From: Cladosporium halotolerans
Lineage: Eukaryota
DNA: 64,000 nt
Assembly: GCF_011745625.1 (NCBI RefSeq)
Contig: NW_027191500.1
Location: 1 to 64,000, forward strand
Direction of reading: 5' to 3'
Below the pieces are notes generated by a model. That model saw only the letters and a program-made list of their open reading frames with translations. It had not been told where the DNA came from and did not search any database. The first letter of the stretch is position 1; each line of letters begins with the position of its first letter. Below, one piece after another: positions 46,292-58,438 of this stretch. The position numbers were made by a program, and so were the translations under genes.

Positions 46292-47447
46292 ATGAAGATG
46301 GCCGGATCAGTTCATGATGATAGTTCGACCGAAGTTTCAGGCGACAGCTCTACCGAAGTGTCAGACGAGTCGGATTTGAACGGTATTTACCCGTTGCAAT
46401 CGATCATCACGCGGGAGTGACTATAACTATTCACTTATAGGTACTTCTAAGCAACGGAAAGCTGAGCCTGAGCAGGGTCTTGCTTCAACGAAGAAGAGAG
46501 CGTGTGAATCGCTTCCTTCTGACATGGTTGCGAAGCGACCCAAGCTTTCCAACCACACAGATGATGATGCAAAAAGAGAAGGGAATCGCATTCATGATTT
46601 TCTCAAATCCCGTCCACAAGTTGCTTCCATGAATAAAGCGCAGAGCTCCCGTGATCAAAAGTCGATCGTAACTCAATCACCGATTACTGGACAGCAACCC
46701 GCGAATGAGGGTGAGGAGATTGTTCTCAACACCGACTTCGAGGGTAATCAAGCGGCCTGGCAACATTATGAGTCCGTTGTCGAGTTCCTCCGTAGACTTC
46801 CTGTCGCCGAACCAGCTACTGCGAGAGTTGGTCCTTGGCTCTGGATTGGCAGTAGGACTTGCAAGCAGAAATGCAAGCGATCCGGGAATGTCGAACAATT
46901 CTTGGAGAGCGCAGCACCACTCCTCGGCGGCTTCCTTGAACGGCGCGCCACCATCGAGCAGCAAAATCCTGGCAAAGCCGTTGGCACGATCACTCGCAAG
47001 ATGGGCCCTTACCGTGACCAGCTTCAAGTTGACCTGCTCAATGCTGCCACCAGAATTGGCTTGACGTGTGGGAAATGGATGCTGTTTCCCCAGCCTGACG
47101 ATCTTCCACGAGTCTGGCGTCTTGTCGCTGAAGCCACTGCTGAAGGCAAACTCGGCATGACAAGCAAAGTTGGCACTTTCCAGCCGGAGAGTGTGTCTAA
47201 GGGCACAGTCATTTGCGTATACACATACGACTTCTCCGACCTCGAGGACGTGGGAAGGGTTCTGCAGTCCCTGGTGGATCAAAGTATTCTCCGAACGGGC
47301 GCTAAGGTGTACTACAAATGCGATGCATACACCTATCTCCACATCAACTCCGGAAACGAGTATAGGCTGCAGGCTAGCCTGTATTCAAGTGAAGATGTCT
47401 TGCAGGGTAAGGTCAAGTACGCGGATGGTGTAATCTCTAGGTTGTAG
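46292..47447 (+). CDS. DUF1917 / Bles03-like protein, 2 exons
   Basis: FLRRLP, GPWLWI, GKWMLF, W..VAEAT.EGKLG..SKV, ICVYTYDF.D.EDV, YYKCDAYTYL.I. Probable intron 46383-46440 keeps frame with the ORF at 46524. Confidence 0.82.
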
Positions 47448-47737
47448 GGGCTGAGGAGCGAACAGGTGCGCCTGTGTTCAGCGACATTGGATGCGAGACG
47501 TTGGTGGACTTGTCCATGTCGTTCTCATTGTGTTGACATAATTCCCCTTCGCTGTCGAAGTATGACCTTGTGTATTTCTCAAATAGTCTGCACGCGACCA
47601 ATCAACAAGGGACCCATTACACGTTTTCACTTTGACTTTCGATCTTCCACCGTTCTCTCCGTTGGGGGCAGCGAAATCGGCGCAGCCAATGAACGTCGTA
47701 CCGGTACCTCGGCTTGCGAGGCAAGATGCCAAGAATC

Positions 47738-47877
47738 CTTATCTCACTTCAACGCTTCGCCCTGACGCTTTCTCGATAAGGTAGCCGCGAGTCTGCCGCC
47801 TCTGCGTCGCATTTCTATCGAGTAACCGCCCGCCCGCCTTCGGGTTTCAATCGAGTAATGCCATCGGCGACCTCCGC
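47738..47877. promoter_or_regulatory. GATA sites and UaY-like CGG-N6-CCG site upstream of allantoinase
   Basis: CTTATC 47738, GATAAG 47775, TCGG-CGACCT-CCGC 47864-47877. Confidence 0.5.
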
Positions 47878-48208
47878 CCCCACGCTCTCCTACAGGCTAG
47901 AGATGGACGTAAGACAACCAAGATGGACGCAACGTCGGGATCACGGCCTGCTTTCCAGTGGAGATGGCGGTGCGCTACCTTGGAGTCTTCACACGCTCCG
48001 CATGCTCGTGTGCATGTGCTGGGCTGGTAGCTCGACACATTCCGTAGGTCTGCTGTGTTTTCGTTCTCTTTCCTCCGAGTCTTGCATTCTTTCTTTGCAT
48101 CCCCAACCGTTCATTTCTAGAAGTATACACTCACCCACCAGTATTCGTGATCTCTACCGAGGACGATAAAGGCAAGGAAACCTACATCGAGACCGACAAG
48201 TAGTGATC

Positions 48209-49765
48209 ATGGCGCCCCACGCAACCGACGAAGCGGCGCCGCCCTCTACCAACGGAGTCCCCGTCGATATCACAGTCCTCGCGTCTTCACGCGCCGTTGT
48301 TGGTGGTCGTCTCAAGCCGGCGACCATTGTGATATCCACCGTCACAGGGAAAATCACATCGGTGACCGAGTCGGTCCTCCCAGAATCATCTTTCCCGTAT
48401 GGAACGCCCTACAAAGATCACAGCCCCGCCGTGCTCCTGCCTGGACTCGTGGATGCGCATGTACACCTGAACGAGCCTGGACGGACAGAATGGGAGGGGT
48501 TCTGGACGGGCACGAAGGCCGCGGCGTTTGGAGGTGTGACAACGGTCGTGGACATGCCGCTCAATGCCATCCCTCCTACTACAACGGTCGCTGGTATGAA
48601 AGAGAAGGTCGCAGCTGCGCAGGGCAAGTGCTGGGTTGATGTTGGCTTCTACGGCGGCATAGTGCCTGGGAATGTCGCCGAATTGAAGCCTCTCATTCGC
48701 GAGGGTGTACGCGGATTCAAGGGCTTTCTTATCGATAGCGGTGTGGAAGAGTTTCCAGCCGTGTCCTCGCACGACATCACCAAGGTCTTCGAGGAGCTGG
48801 CCGACGAGATGACTACGGTCATGTTCCATGCGGAGATGATCCCTCCCATCACTCAGTCTGTCGGCGACGACGTGCAAATCTCACTGCCTCCACTCTCCCC
48901 AACTGGTCCTCTGGACGCCTATCAGACTTTCCTTGATTCGAGACCGAGCATCTTCGAGACATGCGCTATCCTGGAGATCCTGTCGCTTGCTCACCTAGCG
49001 CCAAACTTGCCACTCCACATTGTTCACCTGAGTGCCGTAGAGGCGATCCCTATGCTCCGCGAAGCTCGGGCTAAGGGTGTTAAGGTCACGGCTGAAACGT
49101 GTTTCCATTACCTTTCGCTGGCTGCAGAATCGATCAAGACGGGAGATACACGGCACAAGTGCTGCCCCCCGATCAGAGATCAGGCGAATCAGGATGGGCT
49201 CTGGAACGAGATGTATGAGGCAGACAGTGTCATCAAGACAGTTGTGAGCGATCACTCACCGTGCACGCCCGAGCTTAAGCTGCTCCCAGCGCACGTACCT
49301 GGAAACATCGAGGGCACGAAAACCACAGCAAATTGCGGCTCGCAGCAGACAAAGGGTGACTTCTTCTCTGCCTGGGGCGGCATCAGCTCGGTTGGTCTGG
49401 GCTTGAGCATCCTTTGGACTGAGACCCGTCGCCGTAAAGCTGATGAAGAGCAAACGCTAATTGACATCGCACGCTGGTGCTGCGAAAACACTGCGCTCCA
49501 AGTTGGTCTTGAAGACCGCAAGGGCGCTTTGAAGGTCGGCATGGATGGCGACGTCGCAGTCTTCGATCCCGAGGCTGAATTCGAAGTGGAGCACAACGCT
49601 ATGCTGTTCAGGAACAAGTGCTCGCCCTATCAGGGCAAAGTGCTAAAGGGCGTCGCAAAGGAGACATGGCTGAGAGGTAGAAAGGTGCACTCTCGGTACG
49701 GAGGCTTCGATAACAAGGGCGGGCCAGAGGGACAGCTCTTGCTGGAGCCGAGGACAAAGGCGTAG
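48209..49765 (+). CDS. DAL1: Allantoinase (amidohydrolase family)
   Basis: PGLVDAHVHLNEPGRTEWEGF.TGT.AAAFGGVTT.VDMPLN, HIVHLS, KCCPPIR, SDHSPC, AWGGISS. Confidence 0.95.
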   Translation: MAPHATDEAAPPSTNGVPVDITVLASSRAVVGGRLKPATIVISTVTGKITSVTESVLPESSFPYGTPYKDHSPAVLLPGLVDAHVHLNEPGRTEWEGFWTGTKAAAFGGVTTVVDMPLNAIPPTTTVAGMKEKVAAAQGKCWVDVGFYGGIVPGNVAELKPLIREGVRGFKGFLIDSGVEEFPAVSSHDITKVFEELADEMTTVMFHAEMIPPITQSVGDDVQISLPPLSPTGPLDAYQTFLDSRPSIFETCAILEILSLAHLAPNLPLHIVHLSAVEAIPMLREARAKGVKVTAETCFHYLSLAAESIKTGDTRHKCCPPIRDQANQDGLWNEMYEADSVIKTVVSDHSPCTPELKLLPAHVPGNIEGTKTTANCGSQQTKGDFFSAWGGISSVGLGLSILWTETRRRKADEEQTLIDIARWCCENTALQVGLEDRKGALKVGMDGDVAVFDPEAEFEVEHNAMLFRNKCSPYQGKVLKGVAKETWLRGRKVHSRYGGFDNKGGPEGQLLLEPRTKA

Positions 49766-51323
49766 ATCGATACAGTGCTTTTCTCATAGCGATCTGCATC
49801 AACAGATAATGAAATTCACGTTGTAATGAGAAGCTACATGGCCGAGTTGGACACTCACATCAACTTGACAAATGCTGGTGTACAGTTGCCGCGCGGTACA
49901 TCTTCGTTTCCCAAGACGTCATGACTTTACAGTAGACAATGGGTTAGGTTTGGATGACCTTGTGAAGTGGAGTCGGCATTGGTTCACGCAGAACCGGCAT
50001 CTGTCGGAGCTGTCATTCAGCTTGGCCTGCCGCTGGCAGAGTTTGGGCAGCAATGCTGCCATCCAGTCACCCAGTCACTCAGTCTCTTGACCGCCCTCTA
50101 CACCAATTTTAGCCAACCTCGAGGCAATCCACATCTTCATGCAGCCTGCGGTCATCCTGCATGCGTAGGCTGGGGAAAGGTCCCACTGGTACGGCAGACG
50201 GGCTGCCGTCTCGTGTTCCCTGCCCGAGCTATGGATGCGGTCAGCTCGGACTCCGCGCGGTGCGAACATGGCAGTGCACACGGCATTCTCTGGCTCTCTG
50301 CTTCGTTGCGCCGTCTACACCTTCAATCCAGGATCCTGACGTGTCAGTGCAGCCAGCTCACCGCCGGGGCGACGCACGTCTGACCGGTGGGCAGTCAGGC
50401 CGCGGCTTGGCTCGAAAGCCCGACCAGCTGTTGACGTGAACACAGTCCCAGGCCAGGAGGCTGGGTTACTATGGTGCAGCACCCAGCAGATCGAGACGAT
50501 TCAAAACAAAGTGCATGGACAGGAGATGCACGACCAGGAACATCAAACTCTGTCTGCTGAAACGCCGCTCGACTACCGCCTTCTAGCGCGGTCCTGTAAC
50601 AAATTCTACCGGCCGTTCGACCCCTTGCTCGTTACGAATCGCGCCACACCCTAATTATCTTTCCTCCGCCCTAATCATTTTGCTGCCTAGCTCGCAACTT
50701 TGCAATGATTCGCTACATCGCGTGCCGGCCATGCCGGCTGCTGGAAAGAGCGCGGACGCCATGGGCTCGGGATGCCACCAGCCTTGGTACAAAGACTTTG
50801 GTGACTTTTCCCGTGCGCTACTTCGTGTGGCTTGATTCAATCATCGTATCGTTTCGAAGTCATCGCCGTCAGTGATCTCGTGATATCACCGGAGCTCAGC
50901 CTTGCATTCGATAACCTTAACACGCTGATAGTATGATGAGCGCATCACAACGCCTCCTACGAGGTGACAGACGGGGAGAATACCGAAGAATCGCGGTAAG
51001 ATGATCTCCTCTTCATAGTTTCAGCCCTAACGTCTTCCGAATATCATGTCATAGCCCATGGCCCGGTTCACGCTAAGAGCATTGTGTGTGTGAGGCTATC
51101 CCTACGTCTGCCCGGGATCCCGTCGAGGCTCTGTTCCATCAGCCCGGCAGAGGAATGCCTCCCAAACGCAACGCCATGCCCTCACCGTGGTCAGACCGCT
51201 ATTGCAGGGTGCCCATAGGATTGGCCTGATCATCCTTCAGGCTTTCGCATGGACGTATATCCGACTCCATGCTCCCGTTCAGCGATTCCCTTACTGTTGT
51301 TCTCCCACTGAAGAATCATCAAT

Positions 51324-53181
51324 ATGGCGGCAGCACATTCGAAGAAAGAGGACCAACTGACAAAAGGCAAGTCTAATTCGAACCGCCTGGCTGCAGATGC
51401 CCCGCCGCCTGCATATTCACCCGCCGAAGATGGCGATGTGCAACTCTTAGCCCGATTGGGATACAAACAGGTGAGTTCATAGGGAAATGAAAGTCATATT
51501 CATCGTCAGGCTCCATGCTAACCTTTGAGAGGAACTCCGACGTGAATTCAATAAATGGTCAACAGTATCCTACGCAATATCAGTCCTCGGTGTGCTAGGC
51601 TCCCAGCCAGCCACATACGGAGTCCCTCTGGGAGTTGGCGGTCCAGCAACTGCCGTTTGGGCCTGGTTCGTTGGATCGTGCATGTCTGCCGTCATTGCAA
51701 GTTCGGGTATGGCTCTGCCATTTACGATGCGCATGCAAGCATTCAGCTGACAAAGACTAGTCGCTGAGCTGGTCTCGGCTTACCCTACTGCCGGAGGTAT
51801 CTATTTCGTCACCAAGCATGTTGTCCCGCCCAAGCATGTTGCAATCTGGGGATGGGTGATAGGCTGGGCCAACTTCCTTGGTCAAGCGGCTGGAGTCGCG
51901 TCGTTGGCCTACACGATTGGTCAGATGGTGTTGGCCGCGGCGAGTATCAACTCTGGAATTACTGAGGCTGGCTATCAATATTCGCCGTGAGTTATTGAAC
52001 GGCCCTATTGGAATAACAAGTCACTGACGCTATCTAGAACACCCAGACAAACCGTGGGCCTTGCGCTGGCGGTATTAGTAGTTTTTGGAATCATTTGCAG
52101 TCTAACAACAAAGAAACTGCATCAGATCATTCTGTGGTTCGCTCCTATCAATATCCTGGCGACCATCGGCATTTGCATCGCGCTTATAGTCTGCACCGAG
52201 GATAAACGCAGCGCGACTTTTGTGTTCACTCACTTCACCGATGGCTCTGGCTGGGGCAGCAAAGGCTGGTCATTCCTTCTTGGGTTTCTCAATGTCGCGT
52301 GGGTAATGACCGATTACGACGCCACAACTCATCTTTCTGAGGAGACACACGACGCTGCCATCCGCGGGCCCTGGGCGATCGTTAATGCGATCTTTGTCAC
52401 TGGTATTCTTGGCTTCATGCTGAACGTCACTTTTGGTTTCTGTCTCACGGAGAATTACGTGGACGATATCGTGAACTCGCCAACAGGTTTCCCTGCCGCC
52501 CAATTGTTCCTCAATGCCGGGGGTCGCAGCGGTGGTACCGCCATGCTGTTCCTAGTGATTCTGGTCCAATTCTTTACCGGCGCATCCGCTTTACTGGCCA
52601 ATGCACGCATGACTTACGCTTTCGCTCGCGACGAGGCGCTTCCATTTTCCAACTTCTTCAGCAGTATCAACAGGGTCACCGGGACTCCGTTCAACGCCGT
52701 CTGGCTGGTCGTGTTCTTCTGTGGCTGCCTCAACCTCATCGGCCTCGGGTCGACCGAGACCATCACAGCCATCTTCAACTTGTGCGCTCCATGCCTGGAC
52801 CTCAGCTACATCGCAGTCATCTTCGCGCACCTGTGGTACAGCAACCAAGTCAACTTCGTCCCTGGCCCCTTCGACCTCAACAGCATCCTCAAGCCGCTGA
52901 AGGTCAGCAAGCCACTGAACATCATCGCGATCGCCTGGGTCGTGTTCATCAGTGTAGTCCTGTTTTGCCCGACCAGCAAGCCTGTCACCGCCGAGAATAT
53001 GAACTACGCCATTGTCGTCGCAGGTTTCGTGGCGCTCTTCTCAATGGTCTGGTGGTTCGCTGGAGCACGGAAGAAGTACACGGGTCCGAGAACGCAGGAT
53101 GTTCTGGACGGCGTCGACGACGGACATGCGGGCATGTCTGGGAGAGACGATGAGTCGCACGACTACGCGACTTTTGTCTGA
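51324..53181 (+). CDS. APC-family amino acid/GABA/choline permease (ACT subfamily), 4 exons
   Basis: LARLGYKQ|ELRREF, AELVSAYPTAGG.Y, YDAT.HLSEET, RMTYAFARD. Introns 51471-51531, 51707-51760 and 51987-52037. Confidence 0.9.
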
Positions 53182-53735
53182 GGGGAAATTGAAACAGCGC
53201 AAACATGACATTTTCTTACGATTTGACGACAACTGATCTGTGCTGGACATGGACCGAGGCCTGGCGCCTTCTCATTGGAGTCCCTTCGCCTGAGGGAGAC
53301 CATTCAAACTCCTTACTACGATGTGATAGGGACAGGCAGGCGTCACCATCGCATTTGGCAAGTCGACAGGAGAAGTAGATAATGCGAAAGTGATGGGTGA
53401 TTCCATCTTCTCAATGAAAATCATAGAAATCCAGCTTCTGAGCTCAATCTGCTGGTGACTGCGTCAAATTGGTAGATTCAGGTAGACCTTGTCCCTTCCC
53501 CAAACCCCATAAGAAGAAGATCAATGCGTGTTTGAGGCATTGTTCACATCCAGGTCTGCAGTCATTGATCGCCCTGGGGAACGTTTCCGCGGTTGATGGG
53601 CTGGAGTTGTCAGCAAACGCCTTGGCGCCGGGATCGCGTGCGATGATTCCAATCTCGGCGGCTTTCAGCCGCTCATGTATATTAGCTGAACGACACTCTC
53701 GGCTTTTAGCATTCCCTGTTTATTTGAAAACAAAG

Positions 53736-55531
53736 ATGTCGGGAACGTCGATTGAATTGTCTCACATCGCCAGGCCCCAAGCCGCTGTTGCTAAGTCTGC
53801 CAGCACGCGGCGGCCCTCCACGATCATTGAGGACTCTCAAGATGACCAGGCGACTTCACATAGTCTCGAAAGGACAGCGACGGTCTCTTCAAAGAGTACG
53901 ACCACTGTTGTCATCGCGTCCGTCACACTTATCACTGGCATCAGCACTCTACTCAATGGCTTGACGACTGTAATTCTGCCCACCATGGCTGTAGACCTCG
54001 ACATTCCGAGCAACCTTTTGCTTTGGTAGATAATCAGAAACTGTGCTAAAGATTACGTGCGTGCACTAATACTACTGACAGGCCATCATCCATACAAGCG
54101 CTGACATGCGGTTGTGTCCTCCTGTTGTCCGGCTCCATTGCAGATGCATTAGGCTCTCGGTTCATGTACATGCTTGGGTCGATCTTGCAGTCAGTCTTTA
54201 CTCTTGGTTGCGGCCTCTCGCGCAACGCAACGCAGCTCATTATCTTCCGGGGTCTGAGTGGAATTGCCATCGCCTTTTGTCTGCCCTCAGCCGTGAGCAT
54301 CATCACATCCACCCTGGACGGGAAGCGTCGCAACTTCGCGTTCGCCGCCATGGGAGGCGGTCAGCCTGTCGGATTTTCTATCGGCCTCACTCTAGGTGGT
54401 GTCTTGACTGACAGCATTGGCTGGCGGTGGGGCTTTTACTCCGCCGCCGTTGCTAATACCGTTGTCATCGTCGTGGCTCTTTGGGGCCTGCCTTCGTCAA
54501 TTGATGGAGTTGGCGATACAAGCGTCGCTGAGATACCGAGCTGGCCACAAAGGTGGCATCGAGTCAAAACCGAGATTGACTGGGTGGGTGCCCTCATTGC
54601 GAGCACAGCACTCGCAATGCTCTCCTACGTCTTTGCCTCTATCGCAGGCAGCCGCTCTTCGATAAAGCAGCCGTCCAGCATCGCTCTGTTGGTCGTTGCT
54701 CTTCTTCTGATTCCTCTCTTCATCTTCTGGGTAGGTCGCCAGGAGAACAAAGGCAGACCAGCCATCATCCCGAACTCGCTGTGGCGGAACCGGATCTTCT
54801 CGACAATCTGCATCGCTGTTTTCTTCACTTGGGGCAGCTTCAATGCGCTCGAGACGATCTTGACGTTCTATTTCCAGGATGTGCAGAAATACTCCGCAAC
54901 ACAGACATCGATCTATTTCCTACCCGCACCTATTGCCGGAGTCCTCATCAATCTGGCCATGGGATATTTGGTGCAACGGGTCCAAGCTAATTGGCTCGTG
55001 ATCATTGGATGCGCTATTTCGTTCGGTGCTCCTATCGCGATGGTAAACACGAATACTGATTCGAACTACTGGTCCACTGGTAAGGGATTTCGATGCTCCA
55101 TTAAAATCTTGCTTTCGCTGATAGAGCCTACCATAGCTTTCCTCGCGAACATCCTCAACCCCACCGGTGCTGATTCGTTGTTCACCATTTCCAACCTGCT
55201 AATCACTTCGGTCTTCCACGCCAAAACGCAAGCCTTGGCCGGCGGCGTATTCAACACAATCTCCCAGGTCAGTAGACCCTCCAGCGAACCGTGACGTTTC
55301 CTAAGGCTAATTGACCTGCAGATCGGCAAATCCGTGGGCTTGGGACTGGTGGCAGTCATTGCCGCCGACGTGACGCAAAAGTCCGGCTATGAGGACAAGA
55401 AGAGCCCGGAGGCACTGCTGGAAGGCTACAAGGCCACTTACTGGTTTTGCTTTGCCTGCATCGCGGTTACGGTGGCTCTGAGTACTTGGGGTTTGAGGGG
55501 CATTGGGAAGGTCGGTCATAAGCGTGATTAG
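53736..55531 (+). CDS. MFS transporter (14-TM DHA2/Atr1-like), 4 exons
   Basis: SGSIADALGSR, RNFAFAAMGGGQP, GWRWGFY, IDWVGA, QALAGGVFNT. Introns 54026-54081, 55080-55136 and approx. 55268-55321. Confidence 0.88.
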
Positions 55532-55903
55532 TCATGGCCGAGGAGTCCCTCTGCGTATGTATACAATAGAATCCGCTTCGTCTTATACGACCGTTCGTGT
55601 CCGCCTGACCCGGGCTGCTCAGAAGTTGTAAGCGTTCTTTGGCATGTGCTGTCTTTTTTCCCTGTGACTTTCCCTTGCCTGCGACATAATGGTGCAGATC
55701 TGGGTTTCGTCTTCGATGATAGCACAATTTTGCCATAATTTGCAACTATTGATTATCCGTCGCTACCATTGTACGCTTGTCATATTGATCTGATGCTCAT
55801 CCTTTCTGGACATGAGCAGTCGCAAGCTTTGGAAGCCAAGACTTCCGCGGCTTCCCTGCATCTTCATCTCGCATCGCGCAAGGTGAACCTTTCTAACTCG
55901 GGC

Positions 55904-57721
55904 ATGACGGGGTTACCATTACGGCCGGCGCAATTGCGCTGCTTGTCTGGAATCTCTGGACGACTCTATGCTCCACGCGTAGCGCCCCGCGCATGTTACG
56001 CGACGAAATGGCTCTCATCCCGAGGCCTTGCGACAACACCAAATGCGGGCCCAGAGGCAGTCCCTCTCCGGAAGCATCTCAAGGACGAAGCGAAACGGAA
56101 GAAGGCTGAGGCAAAAGCATCGTACAATGGCAACAAAAAACAGAAGGTGGACCCTAGGCTGGAAAAATGGGAGCTTACCGTTGGTATTGAGGTACACGCC
56201 GAGTTGAACACAGCTTGTAAGCTCTTCTCCAGCGCGAAGACGGCTTCGGCGGAGGGCAATGGCTTGCCGAATAGCCAGGTAGCGCTCTTTGACGCTGCAA
56301 TGCCCGGGGCGCAGCCGCAATTCCAGCATGCGACTCTGCTGCCGGCATTGAGAGCCGCAATTGCGCTCGGATGTCAGGTACAGCGCAAGAGCGGGTGGGA
56401 TAGGAAGCACTATTTCCATTGGGACCAGCCGAACGGATACCAAATCACTCAGTACTACGAACCCTTCGCGAGAGATGGCATACTGGAGCTCACTGTTGAA
56501 GACGGCGTCCCGTCTTCCGAGTTGAACGGAGCATCAAGCTTGAAGATTGGCGTGAAACAAATCCAGATGGAGCAGGACACCGCGAAGACAACGGCACACC
56601 CACCCTCGACTTATCACATCGACTATAATCGTGCCGGTCACCCCCTCATCGAAGTCATTACCTTGCCGCATATTCATTCACCGAAGACGGCGGCGGCTGT
56701 TGTTCGCAAGATTCAAGCCGTCTTGAAGAGTGTGGATGCCTGTGTCACTGGCATGGAACTGGGGGGTTTACGTGCCGACGTTAATGTCTCGGTCCGCCAG
56801 CGTGGCACTGACGGTGCTTCTTCATACAGCGGTGTATCTGGCCTTGGACAACGGACTGAGATCAAGAATTTGAGCTCTTTTAAGGCCGTGGAAGATGCCA
56901 TCATCGCCGAGCGTGATCGCCAAATCTCAGTTCTTGAATCAGGAGGTGTGATTGAGGGCGAGACCAGAGGCTGGTCTTTGGGCGCTACCGAAACTACACG
57001 TTTGCGCGGAAAGGAAGGCGAGGTCGACTATCGCTACATGCCGGACGCCGATCTTCCTCCTTTACTGATCGCCCCCGAGCTTATTGAGCACCTGCGATCT
57101 TCCTTGCCGGAGCTGCCCGATAGCACGGAAGAAAGAGTGCAAAGAGATTACGGCCTCAGCGCCAAAGACGCCAAGTCAATCGCAAGCCAGGACGACGGAG
57201 ATCGCCTGGAGTACATGGAAGAGACTGTCCATCTTTTGAAAGAGAAACTTGATTCTGCTGTCAGTGATCAACCAAAGCTCGGCAAGATTGTAGGCAACTG
57301 GGTACTCCACGAACTCGGGGGCCTGCAAACGTCGAACGAAGAGAGCTGGGACTCAGTTTCTGTTGCATCTGCAGAGCTTGCAGACATTATCGCGAACGTC
57401 ACGCAGAAGCAAATAACCGCTCGAGTAGGCAAGCAGCTTCTGGCGAAGCTAAATGGTTTACCCCTAGACGACAAGCGACCCAGCGTGGAAGACCTTATCG
57501 ACGAGGGAAACCTCCGTTTGCGACCGTTGTCACAGGAAGACTATGAAGCGCTTGCTCAGTCTATCATGGATGAAAATCCCGACATGGTGTCAGCAGTGAA
57601 AGACAAGGGCCAGAAGGGCAAAGCAATGTGGTTCGTAGGACAGATGGTACGAAGGGGAGAAGAAGGCACTGTGGAGCCTGAGCAGGCAAGAGCAGTTGTG
57701 GAAAAATTGCTTGGTGTATGA
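55904..57721 (+). CDS. PET112: Mitochondrial Glu-tRNA(Gln) amidotransferase subunit B
   Basis: GIEVHAEL...KLFS, DRKHYF.WDQP.GYQITQ, EQDTAK, RADVNVS, EIKNL, DYRYMPDADLPP. Presequence-like N-terminus from ATG 55904. Confidence 0.94.
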   Translation: MTGLPLRPAQLRCLSGISGRLYAPRVAPRACYATKWLSSRGLATTPNAGPEAVPLRKHLKDEAKRKKAEAKASYNGNKKQKVDPRLEKWELTVGIEVHAELNTACKLFSSAKTASAEGNGLPNSQVALFDAAMPGAQPQFQHATLLPALRAAIALGCQVQRKSGWDRKHYFHWDQPNGYQITQYYEPFARDGILELTVEDGVPSSELNGASSLKIGVKQIQMEQDTAKTTAHPPSTYHIDYNRAGHPLIEVITLPHIHSPKTAAAVVRKIQAVLKSVDACVTGMELGGLRADVNVSVRQRGTDGASSYSGVSGLGQRTEIKNLSSFKAVEDAIIAERDRQISVLESGGVIEGETRGWSLGATETTRLRGKEGEVDYRYMPDADLPPLLIAPELIEHLRSSLPELPDSTEERVQRDYGLSAKDAKSIASQDDGDRLEYMEETVHLLKEKLDSAVSDQPKLGKIVGNWVLHELGGLQTSNEESWDSVSVASAELADIIANVTQKQITARVGKQLLAKLNGLPLDDKRPSVEDLIDEGNLRLRPLSQEDYEALAQSIMDENPDMVSAVKDKGQKGKAMWFVGQMVRRGEEGTVEPEQARAVVEKLLGV

Positions 57722-58438
57722 TATCCAACAATTGAGAACACTACTGTCACTACGTCGAGAATCGAATAACACAAGCCTTGTGGCTTCCACATCGGCAGGA
57801 CTTCCGAATATGCCACGCCTTCTTATCGAATCCAGCCCCAAACTCTCTTGCGACTACGCATTTGAAATCCGAAAGAGCCGCTGCCATGCGACACCCGATA
57901 GCGAATCTTCTATAAGCCGCAAGCATATCTTGTCGTGCTCGTGTGATTGATATGCGCCGCTGTGGCATGTCAGACCAGGCTGTTGGCTAAAAGTCTTGTC
58001 GCGTCTTGTGTACGCCAAAAGCGGAAGGTGTCAAGCTTCGTCAAGACACTACAGCGCCGTCACACTCAGCAGGATCAAAGGACAGTTTGCTCGATAGCCC
58101 GTGAGTTGCAAATGGCTGTATGCATGCTCGTTCTTGACCCCATGACTTCCTGTCAGCGACTGCACCCCGCATTGATTGGATACGATACCGGTTCTCCTCT
58201 TGGCGCATCTTTCTCACTTGGCAATGCAACCCAATGCGAGGCAAGGTCGTTGGTATCACTCGGCGCCAATGGAGCTGTCTCTGTGCGTCGGTACCGAGAT
58301 TGTCGTGTAACACAGGGCCTGTTCTAGCCGCGGTGTTTACTGTACGAGGCACCTGATCAACCTACAGTGCATGCATGGATTTAAAGGCCGGTTCGCCACT
58401 TTTCAGCTGTCTTGCAGGCAGAATTCCAAGGTTACACG

